A stretch of 64,000 nucleotides of DNA, taken from positions 570 through 64,569 of the forward strand of contig CAZIHL010000002.1 of the NCBI GenBank assembly GCA_964538815.1, in the 5' to 3' direction. The notes beneath the pieces are model-generated. The model saw nothing but the letters and a program-made list of their open reading frames with translations, made no database searches and was not told where the DNA came from. This document shows, in pieces, positions 10,901 through 20,054 of the stretch (position 1 is the stretch's first letter; every line of letters starts with the position of its first letter). The translations under genes and the position numbers were made by a program. This DNA comes from an uncultured Candidatus Saccharibacteria bacterium. GTDB lineage: Bacteria > Patescibacteriota > Minisyncoccia > Phycocordibacterales > UBA5272.

Positions 10901-11293
10901 TTTATCAGTATAGTTTATTTTTACTGATTGAGAATATTCTTTAGTAAACTCTTCTGAGTATTTTGTTAAACTAGTAGTAATAAGAGTTTTTATTTCAGAG
11001 GATGTTAGAAGTATGTCTGAGTCAGAATAAAAATAACATCCAGTATTTGCCTTATTTAATTTATCTATAGTTATAGAGTCATTTACTGGAACAGTATTTA
11101 TGTACACTTGAGTTCCTTTTATTATGTAGTCAATATTTAATTTTGAATTGCCTGCCCCTTCACATTTTTCTCCTGAATGAATATATACAGAAGCTTTAGA
11201 AATATTTATATTAAAAGTAAAAAATAGAATAACGATCCAAAATACTTTTAATATTTTTTTAGAAAAAATATCAGAAAATAAATTTCTTTTCAT
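7904..11293 (-). CDS. VirB6/TrbL-like polytopic membrane protein with large soluble N- and C-terminal regions
   Basis: About 7 central TM segments (IFIRGITLVLCMIFSPVMLL...), then a Gly/Ala-rich segment and a long charged N/Q/T-rich tail; next to prgI and virB4. Confidence 0.7.
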   Translation of the reverse strand: MKRNLFSDIFSKKILKVFWIVILFFTFNINISKASVYIHSGEKCEGAGNSKLNIDYIIKGTQVYINTVPVNDSITIDKLNKANTGCYFYSDSDILLTSSEIKTLITTSLTKYSEEFTKEYSQSVKINYTDKITQIKVNATTTPLIAELTKIIDNTKTYTGMVGATTTSFQSLYNDVLNVEEIYGFDDFKIILVRQRRIYLYKQLKVIQDKYQNLDTETSKIINEMINKSYDGGPWNWSGEEEKLREDEINPTGGVYGKVSRKGRDFPLIINEQNEPIKDPETGGAAQTSTVKQCSPTAGFWDTFIGATNCSIVAYLINMLLQGLNSLFKMILTLSEKLFDWVMGFSVYNFSDLVSNSGAYEVWRKVILALVTSLLLPIVFYYIIRMLIDNDTAQIQKILPKILFTALFVYFSFSIVGFLIDQANVFSIYIYRSLHNPNQSIASSMERLIIGDPSLKSQEIISLGAWDSVPAFGIQVLITGVAIIIFFQAAILIFIRGITLVLCMIFSPVMLLPAGINSYIDKYRDMVIKYFTNATIMAPIFLFLLLIAMKVGDAGSALIQNTSALTTENISGQLTGAAISGVISIIILQLAITTAKNLSGEIGAKVSGKISGTIGSLAFGGASKALRMGAGKVVNSKKFDGWIAKGGTRGRLALKLQDYAQNSTFDARNSKVFQAATKGTFGKGGNTTIDSSFRKRYAKEKHFYDRLNDDAKGKHINNLRSGWTGTSVIFNGNRVADRLESKNKNLSFEEKIDTNNRLAGNFNKINKESDKDKRKEKMIKFINNHFKENGKGEEYFSKELEKPKNSKLKEDFDKIIKDEPDENKRKEKIMKSISEFEEKNKKNQNTNNTTNTQNQQNQNTNNITQNQNTAQNTNNTTQNQNSVPAPSIKNVSAQESLKSRLQFSQAQSKNKEEFEKHNASLGNKIKNNGGVMNQEILDKELADRISNRRKALEEKRGDIETNLKKENKLRKEENQRYTSDQYQKTVLQDLEEKNRSKNQTNNTQKIRENLESISKDIKDLTVTTKDYANTLKNISLINRARTESNSKIDVIKPEENTKPNIVAEIGGNSMQNQSQRALSEMAHNLRMESMPVGRIEPVRTNIKPEKVEKKVNVKSTRKDNLDGNDYINR

Positions 11294-11372
11294 TTTAGTA
11301 TTTTACCATGAGAAAAGGAAAAAAATTAAAAAACCCCAAATCCTGGGGTTTATTTTTTTGTTTTATTATTTA

Positions 11373-13868
11373 TTATTCCGGTGAACAGAAGTTTCTACCT
11401 GCATTTATTAAGTCTTGTTTTTGTGTTGCATTTTGACATTGGCGTATGAGAGAAGGATCAGTCGTTAATTGGCAGTCTTTTTCTACGGAAGCTACAACAT
11501 CTACACAATATGCGTCCATTTCTGATTCTGACGGTAATTGCATACTTAATTGTTGTGCATAATTATTTAGTAAGCTTGTCATAACCTCATCATCACATAC
11601 AGTATTTTCAAGTCCTAAAGTATTACAGAATTTTAATTCAGACCAACTTTTTGTATTATCTGGATCTAATACGTTTACTACATTTTTTGTCCCAAGCATT
11701 GGAATTTCTGGAGAAACATCTTCTTGTTTAGACATTCCATATCTTGGGAGTAATGTTGACGATAGAGTATTTTCAGATTTTTTACCAAATAGTTTTGATA
11801 ATGTAAAAGATCTATTGGCACCTTTTTTATAAGTATTCCAAGCCCGCACTCTCAAATAGAATACATTTTGACTAGTAAAAGGTCCTTCTCTCTCATCTTT
11901 TGTTGGTATTAATAGTTTACTATTTCCCGCTTCATCATTATTTGATGAAGTAGGGTCATTATGATAGTCTTGATATCTAGGAGTATAATTCCATATTGAC
12001 AGCATACTAGCATATTCTTTTTGTGTTAATCCTTTACCTAGTACGGATTCTAAAATCTCCTGATTGTCTTCTGTTCGACTGTCTGTGCTTTGGAATTCTT
12101 TTAATAGTTTTTCCATTTGTTGCTGATCATAATTATTTTTAGCCATATCTGTAATAAGATATCTTATGTCTTTGGTTATAGTAATTAAAGCTTCACTAAG
12201 TCCTACTACAGCTTGTTGAGTGTTATTAGCAACCTGTGTTGCTTTTCTCGCTTTTTTACCACCACCAAATAAATTTCCTATAGGATTAAAAATGGATAAG
12301 ATAACAGCATCTCTTTTTGCACTGTCTGCGACCTGGCTTGTAACATCTATAGAGTCGTTTCCTCCACCAATAGCTAGTACTAAGAATGTGTAAGTAAATA
12401 CTTCCTCATTTAGTTTTGTAGTATTTAATACATTTATATCATTATACAATTTAATTCTGTCTTTTAGATCATCTATAGTGTATTTAGTTGTTGTACCATT
12501 ATTATAATCTTGTTGTGCTTGATTTGCATCAGCATATAGTTGAGATTGTGCATTTTGAGAATCCACTATATTTTGTAAATTATTAACAAGTCTTGAATAC
12601 GGATTATCTTCCCTATTTAATGTCATATTAGTATTTTTTGCACCAATATTTAATACTCCTGAAATATTGTTCATGATATTACTAGCAGCACTTAAACATG
12701 AATTAATCAATCCTGTGTTTGTTTGAGTCGTACCCTGACCAGTCCATTTATCATTAGATCCATTATTTTGACATTCTTTCTTTTTATTGTTTATGGCTGA
12801 TGCTCTTGCAAGCATAGAGAAATATGGACCAAGTAGAGAAGCTGCTGTCCTATCTTTTACTACGGTACCACTTTGTTCAGGCACACTATCTTGACTATAA
12901 CAAGCTCTCTCTAAGCTACTACTTGCTGCTGGATCATACTTTACTTTCTTTCCATTTTTATCAAAACATACTTGTTGACCAATTGTTAATTCTGTAGCTT
13001 CTACTTGCTTTGAAGCCATGTCTTCAGCCGTTTGTTTTTTAGAGAGTACTCTTGAAAGAGTTGATGAGATTACTCCACTTGCAGTATTTGCTGGATCGTA
13101 TAGTGCTGCATCTGTTTTTTCTCCTCCATATCCTGCTTTTGCAAGTCCTGTAAAGGTTGCTTGATCTTCAGCAGACATTATAGATACAGCAGAAGAATTA
13201 CATAATTTATCAATATCTACATTTCCAACTGCTGGTTTTGGCTTTGTAAAAGTAGAAGGCTCACCATTTTTAATAATATTTTTTAATTTTGGATCACTAC
13301 ATATTTCATTTCTAGCGATAATAGGAAGATTAAAAGATATAAGCTTTCCAGCCGCAGTATCCGCAACATTTTTTGCAAAGTCCGTGATTTGTTTTTTAAT
13401 TTCTCCAGAATATATTGAAGTATTTTGTGGCTCTTTAAAATCATTAATCGCTTTTTTAATTTCATTTACTCCTGTTTTATCTATATAGTTTTTAAGATTT
13501 GTAATAACTTGATTACCATCAGTGTTTATATTTATACCTATTCCTTGATTGCCGGTCACTACTTTCAAAGCTGTTTCAGCGTAATTCAAAATTTGATCAG
13601 ATCCAATATTTTTTGCGAAAGTTGATAAGTCAAAATTCTTTACAGTTTGAACTACTCCTTTAGCAGACTGGTAAGTATTATATAGAGTCTGTGCTGTTGC
13701 TATATAATCTTTTATATCCATTTGCCCATCCCATATTTTTTTAGCTGTATCTTGTCCAAAGATTAAAGGTGTAAAAGGATCAACAGCATAAGTTTTTTCT
13801 ACTTTTATTATAAGAATAAGAATAAAAGTAGTAACTAAAATTATTTTTTTGAAATTATTTATTTTCAT
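11373..13868 (-). CDS. Large secreted hypothetical protein
   Basis: 831 aa, signal peptide, several Cys pairs; flanks the T4SS-like genes. Confidence 0.65.
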   Translation of the reverse strand: MKINNFKKIILVTTFILILIIKVEKTYAVDPFTPLIFGQDTAKKIWDGQMDIKDYIATAQTLYNTYQSAKGVVQTVKNFDLSTFAKNIGSDQILNYAETALKVVTGNQGIGININTDGNQVITNLKNYIDKTGVNEIKKAINDFKEPQNTSIYSGEIKKQITDFAKNVADTAAGKLISFNLPIIARNEICSDPKLKNIIKNGEPSTFTKPKPAVGNVDIDKLCNSSAVSIMSAEDQATFTGLAKAGYGGEKTDAALYDPANTASGVISSTLSRVLSKKQTAEDMASKQVEATELTIGQQVCFDKNGKKVKYDPAASSSLERACYSQDSVPEQSGTVVKDRTAASLLGPYFSMLARASAINNKKKECQNNGSNDKWTGQGTTQTNTGLINSCLSAASNIMNNISGVLNIGAKNTNMTLNREDNPYSRLVNNLQNIVDSQNAQSQLYADANQAQQDYNNGTTTKYTIDDLKDRIKLYNDINVLNTTKLNEEVFTYTFLVLAIGGGNDSIDVTSQVADSAKRDAVILSIFNPIGNLFGGGKKARKATQVANNTQQAVVGLSEALITITKDIRYLITDMAKNNYDQQQMEKLLKEFQSTDSRTEDNQEILESVLGKGLTQKEYASMLSIWNYTPRYQDYHNDPTSSNNDEAGNSKLLIPTKDEREGPFTSQNVFYLRVRAWNTYKKGANRSFTLSKLFGKKSENTLSSTLLPRYGMSKQEDVSPEIPMLGTKNVVNVLDPDNTKSWSELKFCNTLGLENTVCDDEVMTSLLNNYAQQLSMQLPSESEMDAYCVDVVASVEKDCQLTTDPSLIRQCQNATQKQDLINAGRNFCSPE

Positions 13869-13887
13869 ATATTTTTAAATTAAAGAA

Positions 13888-14745
13888 TTATAATCCAGAA
13901 CTTCTAAAATAATTGTTAAAAGAGTCAATTATACTAGATATATCACTATCAAATTTTTGTTCAAAACTTTCTCCATTATTTAAAACATATTTAGCAGGAT
14001 CTGTGTCTATATAAAGTAAAGATTTTATATAGACATTTTGTTGCGATATAAGATTAATAAGTTGGAGCTGATATGTGGCACCAGTACTTGTAGTTGGTAT
14101 AGAAATAAGATCGTTTATAAAAGAATTATTTATGGCTATCTTTTTTAATGCGTTAGATGTTATGGCCGCTTTCATACTTACAATATTTTCTTCAGAAGGA
14201 TTGCTAGAATATTGTGAGATATCTGTGAGATTCAAATTTTGAATAGATTTTTTATAGTTTGTAAGTGCTCTATTTATATCGGTATAATATTCTCTTATAG
14301 ATTCTAAATCATCATTTCTAATGACATTTAAATCTTTTTCTGTGTATATTTTACCTTTGGCTTGTTTTTGATATTCTAAAATTATATTTGCCAATATTTG
14401 TCCTTTGGCAGTAGGATCTGTTAAACCATTTTGGTCAAGGAACATATTAGTTAATAGTAGTGATTGAGAAAGATCTTGAGTTAAATTATGGTCTATACTA
14501 TTTGTATAGTCTACAGAACCAATATCTCCATCTTCACTCAAGTCTAACCCATAATCAGCGGCAATTTGGTCTATATTAAGATAAAATTTTCCATCTTTGT
14601 GGACACTTCCATACTTACTTGGTCCTGTGACATTAATAAGTATTGCAATAAGTACAGCCATTACACCTATTGCGTATAGGTAAGTTTTTAAACTTACATT
14701 GGATAAGACTTCTCGCAATCTTGTCCAAATATTTTCATTTTCCAT
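13888..14745 (-). CDS. Membrane-anchored hypothetical protein
   Basis: Single N-terminal TM helix followed by a helical extracellular region. Confidence 0.6.
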   Translation of the reverse strand: MENENIWTRLREVLSNVSLKTYLYAIGVMAVLIAILINVTGPSKYGSVHKDGKFYLNIDQIAADYGLDLSEDGDIGSVDYTNSIDHNLTQDLSQSLLLTNMFLDQNGLTDPTAKGQILANIILEYQKQAKGKIYTEKDLNVIRNDDLESIREYYTDINRALTNYKKSIQNLNLTDISQYSSNPSEENIVSMKAAITSNALKKIAINNSFINDLISIPTTSTGATYQLQLINLISQQNVYIKSLLYIDTDPAKYVLNNGESFEQKFDSDISSIIDSFNNYFRSSGL

Positions 14746-14828
14746 ATTTATAAATTATGATTTAAATACCAAAACAAACTATTAATATAGCTATATTTTA
14801 TCACGGATATGTTTATAAATATTTTATT

Positions 14829-15617
14829 TTAGGTGTTTTCCACAATTTTTAAGAAATCTTCGGTGTTAAGATTTTCCGCACGAATCTTTTTATCTATTTT
14901 TAATTTTTCAAAAATTCTTTCAAAATCTATATCTTTAATTTCATTTTTTAAATTACTTAGCATCACTTTTCTTTTGTGAGCAAATGCTGTTTTTACAATT
15001 TTGAAATATTTTTCTTCTATTTTTTCTTCTATTTTTTGATTTTTGATATCAATTAGTAGTACCGCACTATCAACTTTTGGTTTTGGGAAAAAACTTCCAG
15101 CAGAAACTTTGTAAATAAGCTTTGGATTACCGTATAATTTTACAGCAAGGGAAAGGATAGATTCTTTTTTATCTTTTGCTACAATCCTTTCCGCCACCTC
15201 TTTTTGTACTAAAAGAACCATTTTTGAAGGTTTTTTATTGAGTGAAAGGAATTTTTCAATAATTGCTCCGGTAATATAGTAAGGAATATTTGCTATTAAT
15301 TTATAGTCTTTATCTTTTATTTCTTTCTTTAAAAATTTATCAATGTCAATGTTTAAAATATCTTCTTCTATTAAATTAAATTTTTTATTTTTTATTTCTT
15401 TTTTAAATTTTTCTTTTAAAAACGGGATTAATTCTCTATCTTTTTCAATCGCTATAAGTCTTGCTCCTGTTTCTAAAATTTTTTCAGTCAAAGCTCCTTT
15501 TCCTGGTCCAATTTCTAGTATAATATCTTCTTTTTGAATATCTCCAGCTTGAATTATTTCAAAAACAGCTTTTCCACTTGTTAGGAAGTTTTGCCCGAGG
15601 GATTTTTTAGGTTTCAT
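14829..15617 (-). CDS. rsmA: 16S rRNA m6,2A dimethyltransferase
   Basis: KKSLGQNFL, EIGPGKG, ANIPYYIT and PKPKVDS motifs. Confidence 0.95.
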   Translation of the reverse strand: MKPKKSLGQNFLTSGKAVFEIIQAGDIQKEDIILEIGPGKGALTEKILETGARLIAIEKDRELIPFLKEKFKKEIKNKKFNLIEEDILNIDIDKFLKKEIKDKDYKLIANIPYYITGAIIEKFLSLNKKPSKMVLLVQKEVAERIVAKDKKESILSLAVKLYGNPKLIYKVSAGSFFPKPKVDSAVLLIDIKNQKIEEKIEEKYFKIVKTAFAHKRKVMLSNLKNEIKDIDFERIFEKLKIDKKIRAENLNTEDFLKIVENT

Positions 15618-15790
15618 GAGGGTATTGTAGCATTAAAGCAGAAAACTTTGAAAATTTAAAAGTAAAATAGATTGACATTAAAAACAAATAAATGTTTTTG
15701 AGAACTGACGACGCTCAGCAGAGTCTAGGAAGTTTGAAAAAATATTTTTTGTTTTTTAGAAAACTTTTGGAAACTTTGAAAGTTTAACAA

Positions 15791-15829
15791 AAAATACTGG
15801 GTAGCGCCGAAGGCGCTACCCAGTATTTT
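15791..15829. repeat. CC-GAA-GG palindrome (18-bp stem); probable terminator of uvrD/pcrA
   Basis: aaaatactgggtagcgcc-gaa-ggcgctacccagtatttt abuts the helicase stop codon. Confidence 0.85.
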
Positions 15830-17846
15830 AGAATTCCAAGAAATCTTCATCCTCATATTCATCATCTCCAAAATCCCAAACCCTTTTTTTCTTTTGGTTA
15901 GTCTCTTCTCCGGCATCACCATAATATATATCGTGATAAATTATCTTTTCTGCTGGAAGTTCATTTATATCTTCTAAAAATTCACTTGGAATATTTATTT
16001 TCTTCTCTCCATAAATAGTTCTCATCTCGGCATAACAAAGGAAAAGTTTTTTCTTGGCACGAGTTACGGCTACATAAAAAAGTCTTCTCTCTTCTTCTGA
16101 CTCCTCAAGAGACTTTTTACTATTTCCAATATCAATATGTGGAAATAAATCTTCTTCAAGTCCTACAATAAATACATAATCAAACTCTAATCCTTTTGCT
16201 GAATGAATTGTCATCAATCTTACTCCATTTTTTGATTCATCATTATCATCCTGATCACTTTTTAAAGAAGTTTCATCTATAAAAATTTCATAAGCTTCAC
16301 TTGCTTTTAAATTATCAAACTTTTTAGTTATAGATACTAATTCACGTATATTTTCTAGTCTTTCTTTGTCCTCAGTGCTTCCATTTAAAAGTTCTTGCTC
16401 AATCCCAGAATCCACAATTATCATTGTCATAATTTCTGAAAGTTTATTATCACTATAATCAATTTCATTTTGAATTTTATCTAAAAATTCATATACATTT
16501 TGAATTTTTTGTCTAGTAGATGCGGAGATTGTTTCTTCTTCGCCTGCAAAAACTTTCATAATACTTGCTTTACCAATTCCTCTTTTTGGAGTTTCAAAGA
16601 CTCTTTTTAAGTCTCCAAGATTTGCTCTATTTTTACTTACTCTCAAATAACTCATTACATCTTTAATTTCTTTTCTTTCAAAGAATTTTGTCCCAAGCAA
16701 ATTGTATGGAATATTAGCTTTTATAAAAGCTTCTTCTAAAATACGTGATTGGAAATTTGTTCTATAAAGTACTGCAAAGTTTTTTAAATCTTCTCCTTTC
16801 TCTCTTACAATTTCTTTTATTTTTTTAGTAATAAAATCACCTTCTCTTCTTTCATCAAAAGTAGGACAAATCTCTATCTCTTCCCCTTCATTTTGATTGG
16901 TAAATAAATTTTTAGGAAAACGAGCTTTGTTTTTAGCTATAGAAATATTAGCTAAATTTAAAATATTTTGTGTTGAACGATAATTTTCTTCAAGCAAAAT
17001 TGTCTTTCCATTTGGAAAATCTTTTTCAAAATTTAAAATATTTTTAAGATTTGCTCCGCGCCAAGAATAAATATTTTGATCAATATCTCCTACCACACAA
17101 ACATTTCTATTTTCAGAGTCTATAAGGCATTTTATAAGTTCATATTGTGAATTGTTAGTATCCTGATACTCATCAATATGAATATATTTAAATTTATCTT
17201 CATAATACTTTTTAATATTTTCATTTTTTAGAAGTTCAATAGTTTTAATGATTAAGTCATCGAAATCTACCGCACATCTTTTTTTTAGTTCAGCATCATA
17301 ATTCCTCCAAACTTTTTCAATAACTTCCATGTTATAGCTAGAAATTTTCTTAGCATAATCTTCCACTGTATTATCAGAAGATTTTTCACGACTTATTGCA
17401 TTTTTAATCTTACTTGCATCGTGGAGTTTTGGGTCAAGTGATAAATTTGTAAGTATTTCTTTAATTATATTGTTTGCATCACTTGGATCTAATACTGTTA
17501 AATTTTTATTAAAGCCAAGACCATGTCCATGTTCACGAAGTATTGAAAGACCAAGTGAGTGAAAAGTTTTAATAGTCGGAAGGTTTCTATTTGTCCAAAT
17601 ATTTTTTTCATATTCTTCTATTAATCCCTCATCACTCATACGAGAAATTATTCTTTCAAGCATTTCTTTAGCGGCCTTATTTGTAAAAGTTACACATAAA
17701 ATATTTCTTGGTTCCACACCACTTTTTATAATATTTACTACTCTTTCAGTAATTGTTTTAGTTTTACCAGCTCCTGCTCCAGCTAAAATTAAAAGCGGCC
17801 CACTTATAGTATTGACCGCTTCTAATTGTTTTTCATTTAAATTCAT
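15828..17846 (-). CDS. pcrA: UvrD/PcrA SF1 DNA helicase
   Basis: AGAGAGKT, DEYQDTN, QNIYSWRGA, MTIHSAKGLEF and EERRLFYVAVTRA motifs. Confidence 0.93.
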   Translation of the reverse strand: MNLNEKQLEAVNTISGPLLILAGAGAGKTKTITERVVNIIKSGVEPRNILCVTFTNKAAKEMLERIISRMSDEGLIEEYEKNIWTNRNLPTIKTFHSLGLSILREHGHGLGFNKNLTVLDPSDANNIIKEILTNLSLDPKLHDASKIKNAISREKSSDNTVEDYAKKISSYNMEVIEKVWRNYDAELKKRCAVDFDDLIIKTIELLKNENIKKYYEDKFKYIHIDEYQDTNNSQYELIKCLIDSENRNVCVVGDIDQNIYSWRGANLKNILNFEKDFPNGKTILLEENYRSTQNILNLANISIAKNKARFPKNLFTNQNEGEEIEICPTFDERREGDFITKKIKEIVREKGEDLKNFAVLYRTNFQSRILEEAFIKANIPYNLLGTKFFERKEIKDVMSYLRVSKNRANLGDLKRVFETPKRGIGKASIMKVFAGEEETISASTRQKIQNVYEFLDKIQNEIDYSDNKLSEIMTMIIVDSGIEQELLNGSTEDKERLENIRELVSITKKFDNLKASEAYEIFIDETSLKSDQDDNDESKNGVRLMTIHSAKGLEFDYVFIVGLEEDLFPHIDIGNSKKSLEESEEERRLFYVAVTRAKKKLFLCYAEMRTIYGEKKINIPSEFLEDINELPAEKIIYHDIYYGDAGEETNQKKKRVWDFGDDEYEDEDFLEF

Positions 17847-17866
17847 TTTTTTATTTTAACATATTT

Positions 17867-18808
17867 TTATTTTTCTTGAATATATTTTTTTAAATAGCAC
17901 TTTTTTAAGTAATCTCCAATATTTTCTTCTTCATTTGGTTCTATATTTAATTCATTTTTCAAATTATTCAATATTTCTTCTATTTTATCTTTATCTTCTA
18001 TATCTAAATCTGTATATTCTTCTCTATTTTTTAAAAAATCTTTAGTGTTTAAATTTTTAATCGATGTTATAAAAGTATTTTTCTTAAATAAAAATCCACT
18101 TTTTTCAAATTTTGGTAAAATAGCTTTTATTTTTTCATTTATATAATTTACTTTTTTTGTATACAAAGGATCATCTTCTGAAAGGGTAGAAGAAAAATCA
18201 GTATCAATTATTTCTTTATCTTCTTTTTCTTTTAAAGTGTCAGGAGACTCTTGATTTAAATCTATACTTTTTTCTTCTTTTTGTTTTTTTTCATTTGTTA
18301 AACTAGTTTTTTTCTCATCTTTTTTTATAGTTTCGATTTTGAAAATTGGTTCATTGTCAGTACTTTTATATTCATTTGTATTTTTGTCTATTTTTTCTTC
18401 TAAAGATTTTGAAAAATAGTCTAAATTTTCTACTTTTGTTTCAATTTCAGAAATTAAAATATTTAACTCTTGTAATTTTATATCCAATTCTTTGCCTATA
18501 GCACGTCCTAAAAAATCTACGTTTTCTTTTACTTTATAATCCAAAGTATTGTTAACATTATCAAGTATCCTATTTTCTAGGTTAGAAAATTCAGTAGAAA
18601 TTTCATGACTAGCAACTTCTGCAAATTTTTTAATTTCTTCTCCAACAATTTTTTTACTTATATTTGTGATCTTCTGACGAAGAAGAGTGTCGCTAGATCC
18701 TTTATTTTCATTTGTAGAAAAGGCTAAAATGTTAGCTCTAGTTTTTTCTATACCATGAATATTATTTTTTATATATGGGTTGTGAGAATCTAAATAATTA
18801 TCCTTCAT
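17867..18808 (-). CDS. Hypothetical coiled-coil protein
   Basis: 313-aa ORF preceded by an extended -10 promoter. Confidence 0.6.
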   Translation of the reverse strand: MKDNYLDSHNPYIKNNIHGIEKTRANILAFSTNENKGSSDTLLRQKITNISKKIVGEEIKKFAEVASHEISTEFSNLENRILDNVNNTLDYKVKENVDFLGRAIGKELDIKLQELNILISEIETKVENLDYFSKSLEEKIDKNTNEYKSTDNEPIFKIETIKKDEKKTSLTNEKKQKEEKSIDLNQESPDTLKEKEDKEIIDTDFSSTLSEDDPLYTKKVNYINEKIKAILPKFEKSGFLFKKNTFITSIKNLNTKDFLKNREEYTDLDIEDKDKIEEILNNLKNELNIEPNEEENIGDYLKKCYLKKYIQEK

Positions 18809-18986
18809 ATGTAAAATTATAACATATTTATTTTTTATATTTCTATTTAATTAAAATTAAAAATGTTAATAATTTTTTGTCTTTTAATATATGAATAAAT
18901 ATGTTATAATAAATCATAAATAAAAATCTTAATATTTACAGAAATAATTCTACCCCAGATGAGAAAATAAGAATTATTTAATTATT

Positions 18987-20021
18987 ATGAAAATTACACA
19001 TACAGCAAAAAGAAATATTTTCAATTTATTTCTTTTTATATTTATAGTTTCAGGAATTCTTGGTATTACAAGAGCTAATGCTTCTATTTTTGATAAAATC
19101 TTAAGTTTGTTTACTAAAAATGCTTCGGCCAATGCAAAAGAAATAAAAAGTATTTTAACAAATGATAATTTATTAAAACCAAATCCAAATAATATTTCTA
19201 CAGAAGAAAATGATTCTGAGAGACTTACTTTAAATAATGATGGAACAATATCTGTGCAATCTGGAACAATGAGAATTTCAACTGAAAAGGAAAAAATAAC
19301 AGACGGCACTATTAGTTTATATGAAGTAAAAGATGGAGACACATTAGACAGTGTAGCTAAACTTTTTGGTGTTACAAAAAATACTATAGTCTGGGCAAAT
19401 AGTTTAAAGGATAAAAATATTAAATCGGGAGACACTCTTCTTATCTTCCCTATGGTTGGTGTTGAATATACTGTAAAAAGCGGTGGAACTCTTCAAGATG
19501 TTGCTGATAAATATAAAGCAGATGTGGTGGAAATAGCTGAGTATAATGGTATATCAGTGAATGCAAAACTTGCAAAAGGAGATACTCTTTTTATACCAAA
19601 TGCAGAATTAGAAGTAAAAGCGGAAACAACTAAAACAAGTACAAAGGTTGCTATAAAAAAGAATGCAACATCTGGATACTTTATGATGCCAGTATCAGGA
19701 TGTGTGAAAACACAAGGTCTTCATGGGCCATATGGTACAGCAGTAGATATTGGTTGCCATATCGGTACTACAGTTGTAGCTGCTGCAGAGGGAACAATTA
19801 TTAAGGCGGCAAGCTCTGGATATAATGGAGGATATGGAAATGTAATTATTATTTCTCATTCAAATGGAACCCAATCAATTTATGCTCATCTTTCGACTGT
19901 TGGAGTCCAGGTTGGACAAAAAGTAAAACAAGGACAAGTTATAGGTACAACAGGAAATACAGGTAAATCATCTGGACCGCATCTACATTTTGAAACTCGT
20001 GGTACAGGGAATCCATTTTAA
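18987..20021 (+). CDS. LysM + M23 peptidoglycan endopeptidase
   Basis: Two LysM repeats (YEVKDGDTL, YTVKSGGTL); M23 motifs YAHL and GPHLHFE; first Zn-ligand region reads H..YGTAVD. Confidence 0.9.
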   Translation: MKITHTAKRNIFNLFLFIFIVSGILGITRANASIFDKILSLFTKNASANAKEIKSILTNDNLLKPNPNNISTEENDSERLTLNNDGTISVQSGTMRISTEKEKITDGTISLYEVKDGDTLDSVAKLFGVTKNTIVWANSLKDKNIKSGDTLLIFPMVGVEYTVKSGGTLQDVADKYKADVVEIAEYNGISVNAKLAKGDTLFIPNAELEVKAETTKTSTKVAIKKNATSGYFMMPVSGCVKTQGLHGPYGTAVDIGCHIGTTVVAAAEGTIIKAASSGYNGGYGNVIIISHSNGTQSIYAHLSTVGVQVGQKVKQGQVIGTTGNTGKSSGPHLHFETRGTGNPF

Positions 20022-20054
20022 AAGATGAAAATACCGAATAGGTTTTATTTTTGA

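Noticed and set aside
15702-15735. CTGACGA followed by a small stem, resembling a hammerhead ribozyme core
   Set aside because: The required GAAA after stem II and flanking stems I/III are not evident; left as an unexplained small GC island.
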